DNA of 64,000 bases from an uncultured Fibrobacter sp. (GTDB lineage: Bacteria; Fibrobacterota; Fibrobacteria; Fibrobacterales; Fibrobacteraceae). Location of the stretch: NCBI GenBank assembly GCA_946408125.1, contig CAMJQW010000005.1:2697-66696 (forward strand). Reading direction: 5' to 3'. A program made the translations under genes and the position numbers. Positions 19,087-28,466 of the stretch are shown piece by piece (positions within the stretch are counted from its first letter, which is position 1; every line of letters begins with the position of its first letter). The notes beneath the pieces were generated by a model that was not told the origin of the DNA, did not search any database, and saw nothing but the letters and a program-made list of their open reading frames with translations.

Positions 19087-21639
19087 GTGAAATCTCCGGA
19101 ACTGCTTTTACCCGTAGGAACACGCGAAATGCTCGAGGCCGCCGTCGCGAACGGCGCCGATGCCGTATATTTCGGGGTTCCGCACTGGAACGCGCGCGGT
19201 CGAACGGAAGACTTTTCGTTCGACGATGTCTACGACATGATCCGCTACGCAAGGCTCCGCGGAGTGCGCACGTTCCTCGCCATGAACGTTCTCGTATTCG
19301 AGCGTGAACTGCGGGAGTTGCCCGAGTTTCTCGAAAAAATCATCTCGCTGGAACCGGATGCATTTATCATTCAAGACATCGGGCTTGCGCGCCTGATACG
19401 CGCCATCGCTCCCACGCAGGAAATTCACGCGAGCACGCAGATGACGCTTGCCAGCGCGGAGGCCGTCAACCTGGTCGCCGGAATCGGATTCAACCGCGCC
19501 GTACTCGCACGCGAACTTTCGCTCAAGGAAATCGCACGCATCAAGGAATCGACCCCGCTCGAACTCGAAGTATTCATCCACGGGGCGCTCTGCGTGAGCT
19601 ATTCGGGGCAGTGCCTCACCAGCGAGAATTTCGGCGGCCGGAGCGCTAACCGCGGGCAATGCGCCCAGAGCTGCAGGCTCCCTTACCGCATATTCGTGGA
19701 CGGCAAGGAATTCCGCGATACCGATGCGCAGTTTCTGTTCAGCCCGCACGACCTGTGCGCCCTCCCGAAGTTAAACGAACTTGAAGAAATCGGCGTGGAC
19801 TCGCTGAAAGTGGAAGGACGCCTCAAGAGCCCGGAATACGTGGCAGCAGTCGCGAAAGCCTACCGCAAGGCGTTGAACCGCGTCCCGCTCGACGGCAAGG
19901 ACATGGAACCGCTCGAAGTGCTGTTCAGCCGCGGCCTGCGCGCAGGTTGGCTCGACGGCGACAATCACCAGGAACTTGTAGACGGCACATTCAGCAACCA
20001 TCACGGACTGTTCCTCGGGACAGTCGCGAAAGTGGATCGCGGACAGGTGATTGTCGGACTCGACGATTCACTTATCGAGAATTCAAGCTGCGCCGGACTC
20101 ATTTTAGGGATGGGGCCGCGGCCGGGCGACGGGATCCTGTTTGAAAATGCAGCCCTCGGGGTAAGCATTGGCAGCCGCCTGTATGCATCGCAGGAGGCGC
20201 ACCTCCCCCACACCAAGCGCGGCGACCCGAAGTACCTGCGGCTCGAATTCGGGCGCGACTTCGATACGCGCCAGATTGCTATAGGCATGAAGGTGTACCG
20301 CAACGATTCTCCCGCATTGGAAAAGGAATTGCGCAAGACATTTACCGACCGCGAGCAGGCAAAGCGCATCCCCGTAAATATGGAACTTTCGGGGAGCATC
20401 GGCGGTTTGCTCAAGCTCGCCGTCTACGACGTGCCGCGCAACCGCGTCGAAGTCGAAAGCGACATGGTGCTGGAAGCCTCAAGGAACGGTGATGCGGGCG
20501 ATAAGCTGCGCGACCTCGCCCAGAAGGAACTTTCGGGTCTGAGCGCGACCGCCTACAACCTCCGGAATCTCGAAGTCAATGTCGAGCGCGGAGCTTTCAT
20601 TCCCGGCAAACTCCTGCGCACGCTCCGCCAGAAGGCGATAGAGCAGCTCGATGCGAAGCGCTGCGAATGGAAGGAACTGAACCCGAGCGCCATTGCTGGC
20701 CGTGCCCTCCTCAACAGCGTAAAGTTTGGCACGGCCGCCGCGCCGTCCACAACCGGCAACGCAGCAAACGCGCGCCCCGTCATCTCGGTCCTTGTCCGCA
20801 GCCCCGAGCAGATTGCCGCCCTCGAAGGCCTCGACATCGACAACGTTATCATGGACTTTGACTGGGGCGTCAAATACGACGAGCCGCTTGAACAAATCCG
20901 CGAACTCGGTTTCAAGGCGGGCATGGCCACGCTCCGCATCCACAAGCCTGGCGAAAGCCACTACCTCAAGAACATCCTGCGGCTATGTCCCGACTTTGCG
21001 CTGGTCCGTAACCTCGGCGCGCTCTCCATCCTCAAGGAAAGCGGCATCCCGCTTACCGGCGACTATAGCCTGAACGCAGCGAATTCCCTGAGCTACGACT
21101 GGCTCCTGTCACAAGGATTGCAAACGCTCCATCCTTCTTGGGACCTGAACAGCATGCAGCTTTTCGACCTGCTGGGCGATATCGACGGCAGCCGCATGGA
21201 ACTCACGCTCCACCAGTACATGCCCGCGTTCCATTCCGAATACTGCGCGTTCGCCCGCGCGCTTACCAGCGGTCGGCGCTTCCCCGAATGTGGCAAGATC
21301 TGCACCCAGCACAAGGTCGAAATTTTGGACCACAAGGGTGAACGTCATTTTCTGCAGAGCGACGCGGAATGCCGCAACACGCTGTTCGTAGGAAAGCCGC
21401 AATCCGCGCTCAAGCTTTTGCCCGAACTGCAAAAGGCGGGAGTGAACCACTTCCGCCTCGAAATGCTCCAGGAAGACGCCGAAACGGTCCACCGCAAGGC
21501 GCTCATCTACACGCAGGCCATCCGCGGGAAGGTTTCCATCGACGAAGCCATCCGCCTCGCCGGCGTAGAAGAAAAATACGGCCTTTCCGAAGGACAACTC
21601 TTCAACGAGAGCGTCTGGAAAGACCGCAAGAAGGCCTAA
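19087..21639 (+). CDS. Peptidase U32 family protein (long RlhA-like form)
   Basis: PELLLP, GADAVYFG, HASTQM, ARELS, HGALCVSYSGQC, SANRGQCAQSCR and LKVEGR. Confidence 0.9.
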   Translation: MKSPELLLPVGTREMLEAAVANGADAVYFGVPHWNARGRTEDFSFDDVYDMIRYARLRGVRTFLAMNVLVFERELRELPEFLEKIISLEPDAFIIQDIGLARLIRAIAPTQEIHASTQMTLASAEAVNLVAGIGFNRAVLARELSLKEIARIKESTPLELEVFIHGALCVSYSGQCLTSENFGGRSANRGQCAQSCRLPYRIFVDGKEFRDTDAQFLFSPHDLCALPKLNELEEIGVDSLKVEGRLKSPEYVAAVAKAYRKALNRVPLDGKDMEPLEVLFSRGLRAGWLDGDNHQELVDGTFSNHHGLFLGTVAKVDRGQVIVGLDDSLIENSSCAGLILGMGPRPGDGILFENAALGVSIGSRLYASQEAHLPHTKRGDPKYLRLEFGRDFDTRQIAIGMKVYRNDSPALEKELRKTFTDREQAKRIPVNMELSGSIGGLLKLAVYDVPRNRVEVESDMVLEASRNGDAGDKLRDLAQKELSGLSATAYNLRNLEVNVERGAFIPGKLLRTLRQKAIEQLDAKRCEWKELNPSAIAGRALLNSVKFGTAAAPSTTGNAANARPVISVLVRSPEQIAALEGLDIDNVIMDFDWGVKYDEPLEQIRELGFKAGMATLRIHKPGESHYLKNILRLCPDFALVRNLGALSILKESGIPLTGDYSLNAANSLSYDWLLSQGLQTLHPSWDLNSMQLFDLLGDIDGSRMELTLHQYMPAFHSEYCAFARALTSGRRFPECGKICTQHKVEILDHKGERHFLQSDAECRNTLFVGKPQSALKLLPELQKAGVNHFRLEMLQEDAETVHRKALIYTQAIRGKVSIDEAIRLAGVEEKYGLSEGQLFNESVWKDRKKA

Positions 21640-21698
21640 TTTTTCTATATTGCGCCTATAATATTCACCGCCCTCAAACGCAGGGCCAAAGGAACACC

Positions 21699-22304
21699 AT
21701 GAAAATCGCCGAAAAGACCGTCGTCCAGATGCACTACACCCTCACCTCCGACGAAGGAGCCGTCATCGATTCCTCCGAAGGCCGCGAACCGCTCCAGTAC
21801 ATCCAGGGCGCCCACATGATCGTCGTGGGCCTCGAGAACGCGATGGTCGGTCACGAAGTCGGCGACAAGTTCGACGTAAAGGTCATTCCTGCCGAAGGCT
21901 ACGGCGAATACGACGAGCGCATGACGCAGGAAGTCCCGGTCGAAGTATTCCAGGGCGTCGAGAAGGTCGAACCCGGCATGATGTTCTATGCGCAGACGCC
22001 CATGGGCCCGATGCCCATCCGCGTCAAGTCCGTCGCGGGCGACAAGGCCGTGATCGATGCGAACCACGAGCTCGCGGGCAAGAACCTGAACTTCGCTATC
22101 GAAGTCGTGAGCGTGCGCGAAGCCACCGAAGAAGAGCTGAACCCGCAGGGCCACTGTTGCTGTGGCGGCAAGGGCGACGGCGAATGCAAGTGTGGCGAAG
22201 AAGGCCACGAATGCGAATGTGGCGGCGAAGGCAAGAAGGAAAACTGCGACGGTCAGGGCGGCTGCGGCTGCCCCAACCACGATAAGCATCACGGCAACGC
22301 CTAA
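21699..22304 (+). CDS. slyD: FKBP-type peptidyl-prolyl isomerase SlyD
   Basis: MKIAEKTVVQMHYTL, PAEGYGE, DANHELAGKNLNF and a Cys/His-rich tail; ATG 21699 behind AAGGA. Confidence 0.92.
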   Translation: MKIAEKTVVQMHYTLTSDEGAVIDSSEGREPLQYIQGAHMIVVGLENAMVGHEVGDKFDVKVIPAEGYGEYDERMTQEVPVEVFQGVEKVEPGMMFYAQTPMGPMPIRVKSVAGDKAVIDANHELAGKNLNFAIEVVSVREATEEELNPQGHCCCGGKGDGECKCGEEGHECECGGEGKKENCDGQGGCGCPNHDKHHGNA

Positions 22305-22307
22305 TTC

Positions 22308-23063
22308 TTAACGAAAGAACCTACGCACGACCTGCCGCAAGACGCGCAGGCCGTAAGTCACTACGTTCAGGTTGGATTTTTCGCCTGCGTATCGCGTAGG
22401 TATCGGAAGTTCGGCCAGCCGGTAGCCGCGGGCATCGGCGATGGAAATGATTTCCAGGTCGATATCGAAGCTCGGGCTCAGTTTTTGAAGATCTAGCGTT
22501 CTCAGGAATTCCGCATTGTAGACGATGAAACCGCTGTGGCGGTCCGTAAGCTTCTGCTTGAATGCAAGGTTTTCAAGCGCGGTGAGGAACGCGCCGCCGA
22601 GGCGCTTGTATAAAGGCATGTTGCCGGCTTTCGCGCCACCCGCGACAGCGTGACGGGATCCCTGGACCAGGGCGAGCGTCTTGCCATCCGCAGGTATATC
22701 ACGCGATTCGCTTTCAAGTACAGCGAAGAATTCGCCCAGCTGTTCGGCCGGATACTGTCCGTCACCATGCAGGCAGGCGATATACTTCGCGCCCGATTCC
22801 AGACCCGCGGAGATTCCACGCTTAACGACCGCGCCGTAACCGCAATTCTTCTCGAAGCGTTCGTAATACAGATGGTCTGCACATGCTTTGCCAAGCACCG
22901 CGCAAGCCTTATCGAACGCCCCGCAGGTTTCATCCTTCGAGCCGTCATCAATCACGAGCACTTGGGCGCGTTCCAAGACCGCGGGTGGGATACGCCCCAG
23001 CACGTCCGCAAGAGTCTGCGATACATTATAGGCAGGGACGAAAATGAAGTAGTCGGGAATCAT
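22308..23063 (-). CDS. GT2 glycosyltransferase, Dpm1/ArnC-like
   Basis: VPAYN, VIDDGSKD, GYG, HGDGQY, VQGSR, LTD-x-x-SGF and ELPIPTRY motifs. Confidence 0.88.
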   Translation of the reverse strand: MIPDYFIFVPAYNVSQTLADVLGRIPPAVLERAQVLVIDDGSKDETCGAFDKACAVLGKACADHLYYERFEKNCGYGAVVKRGISAGLESGAKYIACLHGDGQYPAEQLGEFFAVLESESRDIPADGKTLALVQGSRHAVAGGAKAGNMPLYKRLGGAFLTALENLAFKQKLTDRHSGFIVYNAEFLRTLDLQKLSPSFDIDLEIISIADARGYRLAELPIPTRYAGEKSNLNVVTYGLRVLRQVVRRFFR

Positions 23064-24136
23064 TGTTCAACGGAATAATGCTTCACGAACCAGGAGAGCG
23101 ATTCTTCGAGAGCGACATCGAGCGGAATGCGCGCCTTGAATCCGAGCAGGCGCTGCGCCTTTGCGACAGAGGGCATGCGGCGCATCGAATCATCGTAACC
23201 CGCACCGTAGTATTCCTCGCCCGAAACGTTTTGCGGTTCCGGCAACGCAGAAACATCGACCCCGCGCACCTTCGCGAAAATTGAGCGCATCTTGCCGGCG
23301 AGCTCTGCAATCGTAACCTCGTTCTCCGCATTCCCCACATTGAACGCCTGCGAGAATACACCCGGCGCCGTTCCAGAAGCAGAGTCCGTCACAGCTCCTC
23401 CCGCGGCAAACAGCGCGAACAGGAAATCAATCGCATCGTGGACACTCGTAAAGCAGCGCTTCGCCTTCCCGCCATTCACGAGCTTGAGAGGTTCACCCCG
23501 CAAGAGCGCCGTCGAGAAGTTCGCGAGCACCCGAGGGATTCCCTCGCCGTCCACTCCCGGCATAAAGTCCATGTACGGCCCGACAAAGTTGAAAGGCCGC
23601 ACCACAGTCCACTTGAGTCCGGGGAGCCCGGCGATAAAGCGTTCTGTCAAGAGCTTTGCAGTCGCATAGCTCCAGCGGCTTGCGGTAACCGGTCCGAAGA
23701 GCATCGGGGACTCGTCTTCCACCAGTTCACCGGAATCCGTCGCCGTACGTCCGTAAATCTCGGAGGTCGAAAAATGCACGAGCCACGCTCCCGAGCGGGC
23801 GCACGCCTCGGCCAAAGCCGCCGGATGGTCGTAGTTGCTCCGGATGACCTCGCACGCCTCCCCCATGTAACGGCTCGGCGTGCAGATGGCCGCCAGGTTC
23901 ACCACCAGCGGGAACTGTGCAATGCGCTCCACGACGGCAGGGTCGGCAAGGTCCGCACACAGGAACTCGCACCGCTCATGGTTCAAGCGGTGCTGTAACC
24001 TGTAGAAATCGAGATCCACACCAAATACGCGCCAGCGGGTACGTTCCAGCACGGCGTCGAGCAGATGGCTACCGATAAAACCACCGCAGCCAACGATGGC
24101 TACGGTGATGCTACTGTCATCGAGACGAAGGTTCAT
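23060..24136 (-). CDS. UDP-glucuronate decarboxylase family SDR, most similar to UDP-apiose/UDP-xylose synthase
   Basis: GCGGFIGSH, NLAAICTP, HFSTSEIYG, RWSYATAK, RPFN-x-x-GP-x-MDF-x-PGVDG, PRVLA and YG-x-GYDDS. Confidence 0.8.
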   Translation of the reverse strand: MNLRLDDSSITVAIVGCGGFIGSHLLDAVLERTRWRVFGVDLDFYRLQHRLNHERCEFLCADLADPAVVERIAQFPLVVNLAAICTPSRYMGEACEVIRSNYDHPAALAEACARSGAWLVHFSTSEIYGRTATDSGELVEDESPMLFGPVTASRWSYATAKLLTERFIAGLPGLKWTVVRPFNFVGPYMDFMPGVDGEGIPRVLANFSTALLRGEPLKLVNGGKAKRCFTSVHDAIDFLFALFAAGGAVTDSASGTAPGVFSQAFNVGNAENEVTIAELAGKMRSIFAKVRGVDVSALPEPQNVSGEEYYGAGYDDSMRRMPSVAKAQRLLGFKARIPLDVALEESLSWFVKHYSVEQ

Positions 24137-24660
24137 TACTCCTTGACCTTGAAGGCCGCGGAATTGGCACCCTTGCTCTGGCGTTCGTAAGGAACTACGC
24201 GAATGATGGCTTCATCACTCGGTTCCGCATAGTCGTCCGACAGAACCACTTCCTGGGTGTAGCAAGTCTTGCCATCGGGATTTTCCGGACCGGCAGAACC
24301 CGTGAGCATATCCATGCCGGCATCGTCTTCGTCAACCTTGAACACGAAGCGGAAACCGGAACCTGCAATATCGGAACCATAAACAACGGTGATGGTTTCG
24401 CCCATCTTGAATTCTTCACCGCCGGCAGGGAACACAACTTTCACACCACCGCTCACGGTACAATCGTATTCAGTCTTGTCTGCAGAAGACTTCGGCTTGT
24501 CCGTGGAAGACGAGGACTTCGGTTTGTCCGTGGAAGACGAAGACTTCGTTTCCTTCGCGGAAGAGGCGGGTTCGTCAGCCGGACCGGAAGAAGAACTGTC
24601 GTCACCGCAAGCCATCAAGGCGAGGGATGCTGCAAGGAAAATCGCATTATAGAACTTCAT
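24136..24660 (-). CDS. Ser-rich lipoprotein
   Basis: MKFYNAIFLAASLALMAC lipobox and a Ser-rich linker; its stop overlaps the next start. Confidence 0.8.
   Translation of the reverse strand: MKFYNAIFLAASLALMACGDDSSSSGPADEPASSAKETKSSSSTDKPKSSSSTDKPKSSADKTEYDCTVSGGVKVVFPAGGEEFKMGETITVVYGSDIAGSGFRFVFKVDEDDAGMDMLTGSAGPENPDGKTCYTQEVVLSDDYAEPSDEAIIRVVPYERQSKGANSAAFKVKE
24488..24548. repeat. 27-bp tandem repeat (about 2.3 copies) encoding KSSSSTDKP
   Basis: GACTTCGG(C/T)TTGTCCGTGGAAGACGA(G/A) twice, plus a partial GACTTCG. Confidence 0.85.
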
Positions 24661-24732
24661 AGGTAACCCCTTTATAGTATTGTTTTCCTCAATATACAAA
24701 TTTCATGCACACGGGACGCCCCATCAACAAGT

Positions 24733-26247
24733 CTATCGGGTCACATGGGGCCGTGCATCGGCAACTCCAGCACCCTTGACGCAGCGGATGTACGATGCGG
24801 CACGCTTTTTGGAACCGCTCTCGTTAAAACCGTTAGTCTCGTCATTCTTGGCAAGCCACGCCGTGTTGCTAGAGGGACTTCCATTATCGATTATGGCATT
24901 ATGCTGAGCAGTAGTGAGGAAACGCCCGCTTGTACCGACATTCTTGTACAGGCCGTCTTCCGTGCGGAAGCCGCCCGGCATGGCGGAAAAGCCCGTCAAA
25001 TTGTTGTACTTCGTAGACTTCAGTGCATCCCAGATATCCGAATCGCGCATCGTGTATATCCAATCGTAACTGAAGTACGACGCTGTATATTGCCAGATGC
25101 TGCTGAATTCATCCCCCGTCGACACATGCCACCCTTCCGGACAGATCCCCTGGTACCATTCCCATGCCCAGAGCGCACTGTCATTGTACGCCTCGGGCAA
25201 ATTCAGCGCACCGGCCCAGTCATAGAGCCTGCCGAATTTTTCACAATACATTTCATCGTCATTGTAGCACCAGCTATGGCCGGCCAAGTTCGGCGTGTTC
25301 ACGGAGTCGCTATACTCCAAGTTCTTCGCGAACCATTCGAACATACCTATCACGACCGTCGGATACACGGTCCCGTCTCGCGGATCGGTAAACGATCCTT
25401 CAATCGGCATCTTGGTCGCTGCAGGACAATACTCTTCCTTTTTGTCTTTCTCGTAGCAGCACCCCGACGAGCAATGGACATAGGCCCCTAATTCCAGAAT
25501 ATAGTGTGACTCTCTAGGAAAACAGTTTCTATCTGTATCGTAACATCCCTTCTTCTTGAGGGAATCCATCGTCGGGAAAGTATCTGCTTGAGCGACATGT
25601 GCCTCATCAAAATAGTCGACCACCTGGTACCGCGTTACGAGGCTCGAATCATAAGGATCCACGTAGAGTTCCACCTTGGCACATTCCCCATTTTTCAGAG
25701 AGTCAATGACGGAGACCTTGATGTTATCTATGCGGTCATAATCCGTTTTATAGAAGTCCATATGGAATGATGCAAGCAATATCGCCAAATCCTCCTTAGG
25801 GATGTCTTCATTCAGGCTCCGAAGCGCAACACGCAACTTGTACCATCCGTCCTCGCTTTCATTTTGCATCAGGTATCCCCTGTCCGAGATAACGCTGCTG
25901 TAAAGCTTGCTACGGCCGTATACCATTGCAGAGGCGCTATAGCGAATATAAACGTTGAGATTCTCCGAAGGAGGAACATCGCTCTTGAAGCTCAGATAGA
26001 CGGTGTGCACGGTATCGATATGTTCATAACAGATCTTATCGATATACAACAAGGTGTCGCTAGGCGAAATATTCGCCTTTGAACTGCTTGAATTTTTCGA
26101 GGAACTTGATGCAGCGGACGTACCATCGGCACTGGAATCTACATTCGAGCCCTGGTCCTGCTCATCAAACGAAGAACTCCCGCTGTCACCGCATGCGGCA
26201 AGCAGGGCCATCAGGAAAAACAAAAAATATGCTATCTTGTTAGGCAT
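24733..26247 (-). CDS. FISUMP-domain lipoprotein
   Basis: LLAAC lipobox; FTDPRDG...Y...WFAKNL, SWCY, FGRLYDW, QGICPEGWH, GFSAMPGG and IRCVK. Confidence 0.88.
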   Translation of the reverse strand: MPNKIAYFLFFLMALLAACGDSGSSSFDEQDQGSNVDSSADGTSAASSSSKNSSSSKANISPSDTLLYIDKICYEHIDTVHTVYLSFKSDVPPSENLNVYIRYSASAMVYGRSKLYSSVISDRGYLMQNESEDGWYKLRVALRSLNEDIPKEDLAILLASFHMDFYKTDYDRIDNIKVSVIDSLKNGECAKVELYVDPYDSSLVTRYQVVDYFDEAHVAQADTFPTMDSLKKKGCYDTDRNCFPRESHYILELGAYVHCSSGCCYEKDKKEEYCPAATKMPIEGSFTDPRDGTVYPTVVIGMFEWFAKNLEYSDSVNTPNLAGHSWCYNDDEMYCEKFGRLYDWAGALNLPEAYNDSALWAWEWYQGICPEGWHVSTGDEFSSIWQYTASYFSYDWIYTMRDSDIWDALKSTKYNNLTGFSAMPGGFRTEDGLYKNVGTSGRFLTTAQHNAIIDNGSPSSNTAWLAKNDETNGFNESGSKKRAASYIRCVKGAGVADARPHVTR

Positions 26248-26295
26248 AAACCTAATCCTCCCATTTTTTCAAAAATAATATAAAAAAGGATTCCT

Positions 26296-26841
26296 ATGAA
26301 GGTTCTCGCACTCCTGGCAGATGGTTTCGAAGAAACCGAATTCGTCGTCCCGTTCGACCTGTGGCAGCGCGGAGGCTGCGAAGTCGTCACGGCATCCATC
26401 AAGAGCTCCACCGATGTCACGGGAGCGCACGGCCTGCAGGTCAATGCGGACACCATTCTGGACATGGTCGATTTTGACGATTTTGACGGGATTTTCCTGC
26501 CCGGCGGTGGGCTGGGCGTCAAGAACCTCGCCGCAAGTGCTTCCGTGGAACAGGCCATACAGCAGTTTGACGCCCATGGCAAATGGCTGTTCGCCATTTG
26601 CGCGGCGCCGCTCGTGCTCTCGAAGGCCGGTCTCCTCAAGGACCGTCGCTGCACCTGCTTCCCCGGCTGCGAGGTCGATCTCGTATGCAAGGAATTCCTG
26701 ACCGACCGCGTGGTCAGCGACGGGAACATCATTACGAGCCGCGGCGCCGGCACCGCCGAGGAATTCGCGCTTGTGACCCTCGCCAGCATGACCGACGCCG
26801 AAACTGCGGACCGCATCCGCAAGCAAGTCGTCGCACGATAG
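26296..26841 (+). CDS. yajL: DJ-1/PfpI family protein (YajL/ThiJ)
   Basis: LADGFEETE, LPGG, AICAAP and IITSRGAGTA. Confidence 0.85.
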   Translation: MKVLALLADGFEETEFVVPFDLWQRGGCEVVTASIKSSTDVTGAHGLQVNADTILDMVDFDDFDGIFLPGGGLGVKNLAASASVEQAIQQFDAHGKWLFAICAAPLVLSKAGLLKDRRCTCFPGCEVDLVCKEFLTDRVVSDGNIITSRGAGTAEEFALVTLASMTDAETADRIRKQVVAR

Positions 26842-26863
26842 CATTAATTTCTACATTTGGGCC

Positions 26864-27739
26864 ATGAATTTCAAGGACAGAATAATCCGGGCTACCGGGA
26901 AGAAAACTCCTTTCCGCCTCATTGCCGTTGACCTAACCGCCACCATGAACCAGATCGGCGCCTACCACGGCGCCAAGGGCTACGCCCTCAAGCTCCTGGC
27001 GGAGAACTCCATCGCAAGCATATTCCTGAGCGCCTCGCTCAAGTTCCCGGGTACCGTGACATTCTCCACCACGTTCGGCGGGGAAATCACGAAAATCCAG
27101 TCCGACTCGACCCCGATGGGACTCGTCCGTGCCATGATACCGCAGGATGAACTCCTGGCCATCGGCGCAAACGAGCCGGCGCTCGTGCCGCAAAACATCA
27201 GCGTCATCAAGCTCGACGAGAACGGCAAGCGCATCCACGAAAGCATCATCGAGGCGGCATCCGTATCGATGGGCCAGAACCTCGCCTACTACCTGCTGCA
27301 ATCCGAGCAGACCCGCTCCGCAGTGGGCATCGAAGCACGCTTTAACGCCCAGGACCCGAGCAAGCTCGACTACGCCGCCGGCTTCTACGTGGAAGCATTC
27401 CCCGACCTCGAAGAAAGGGATATCGCCATCCTGGAACAGATTGTGCTGAATCTCCCGAAGTTCCCCGAGCTCTACAAGTCCGAAGGTTTCGACCTCGACG
27501 AACTCCTGGACCAGCTGCGCGGGCCCTACGACATCGACATCGTCCGCGAAATTGACCCGAAGGCCTACTGCCCCTGCAGCCACGAACGCATGGTGGCAAC
27601 GCTTGCCACGCTCAAGACGGCCGATCTCGAAGACCTCATGAAGGAAGGCAAGGACCTGGAAGTCATCTGCGATTTCTGCCGCACGAAATACACGATTACC
27701 GTCGAAGATTTGCGTTCTATCATAGACGAAAGGAAATAG
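26864..27739 (+). CDS. hslO: Hsp33 redox-regulated chaperone
   Basis: YLLQSEQ and the C-x-C...C-x-x-C zinc motif (YCPCS...CDFC). Confidence 0.92.
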   Translation: MNFKDRIIRATGKKTPFRLIAVDLTATMNQIGAYHGAKGYALKLLAENSIASIFLSASLKFPGTVTFSTTFGGEITKIQSDSTPMGLVRAMIPQDELLAIGANEPALVPQNISVIKLDENGKRIHESIIEAASVSMGQNLAYYLLQSEQTRSAVGIEARFNAQDPSKLDYAAGFYVEAFPDLEERDIAILEQIVLNLPKFPELYKSEGFDLDELLDQLRGPYDIDIVREIDPKAYCPCSHERMVATLATLKTADLEDLMKEGKDLEVICDFCRTKYTITVEDLRSIIDERK

Positions 27740-27741
27740 TC

Positions 27742-28359
27742 ATGTTTACCAAGCAATGTGTCGTCACCCTGGACCTTGAAGGCGTTCTCGCCCCCGAAAT
27801 CTGGATTGCCGTCGCCGAAAAGACGGGCATCAAGGACCTGCGCCTTACCACACGCGACATTCCCGATTACGACGTGCTCATGAAAGGCCGCATCGCGATT
27901 CTCGACCGCGAGAACATCAAGCTTTCGGACATTCAGAACGTGATTGCAAACCTAGGCCTGCTCGACGGCGCCCGCGGCTTTATGGATCAACTCCGCGACG
28001 AAGCCCAGGTGATCATTCTTTCGGACACGTTCCAGGAATTCGCCTACCCCATCATGAAGAATCTCGGATTCCCGACGATCTTCTGCCACAACCTGGAAGT
28101 CGAAAACGACATGATCAAGGGTTACCACCTGCGACTCAACGACCAGAAGACGAAGGTCGTGAAACACCTGCAGGACCTAAACTTCAAGGTGTTCGCGAGC
28201 GGCGATTCCTTCAACGACACGGGCATGCTCAAGCAGGCCGACAAGGGCTGCTTCTTCTGCGCACCGGACTCCATCGTGGCCCAGTTCCCGCAGCTCGAAG
28301 CAACCAAGACCTACGCCGAACTCCTGGAAAAGTTCCACAACTTCCAGGCTACGCTGTAA
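27742..28359 (+). CDS. thrH: Phosphoserine phosphatase / homoserine phosphotransferase
   Basis: LDLEGVLAPEIW, TTRDIPDYDVLM, ILSDTF and GDSFNDTGML. Confidence 0.92.
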   Translation: MFTKQCVVTLDLEGVLAPEIWIAVAEKTGIKDLRLTTRDIPDYDVLMKGRIAILDRENIKLSDIQNVIANLGLLDGARGFMDQLRDEAQVIILSDTFQEFAYPIMKNLGFPTIFCHNLEVENDMIKGYHLRLNDQKTKVVKHLQDLNFKVFASGDSFNDTGMLKQADKGCFFCAPDSIVAQFPQLEATKTYAELLEKFHNFQATL

Positions 28360-28466
28360 AATAGAGCGAGGTCCATCACACCTTTTTGCCCGATAATTGT
28401 AATCGGGCTTTATTTTGTATATATTTATGCAAAACGTTTCCCATAGCGGATAAAACGGAGGAATTC

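Noticed and set aside
21369-21698. Long N-terminal extensions in the ORF track (slyD, also nadK, nuoJ, relA, the GT-C gene and the 16358 gene)
   Set aside because: The extensions overlap neighbouring genes or AT-rich promoter DNA. Family homology and RBS or promoter signals start at downstream codons.
23060-24136. Calling this gene arnA (polymyxin resistance)
   Set aside because: There is no formyltransferase domain or arnB/D/T neighbour, and the diagnostic motifs fit AXS-type synthases better.
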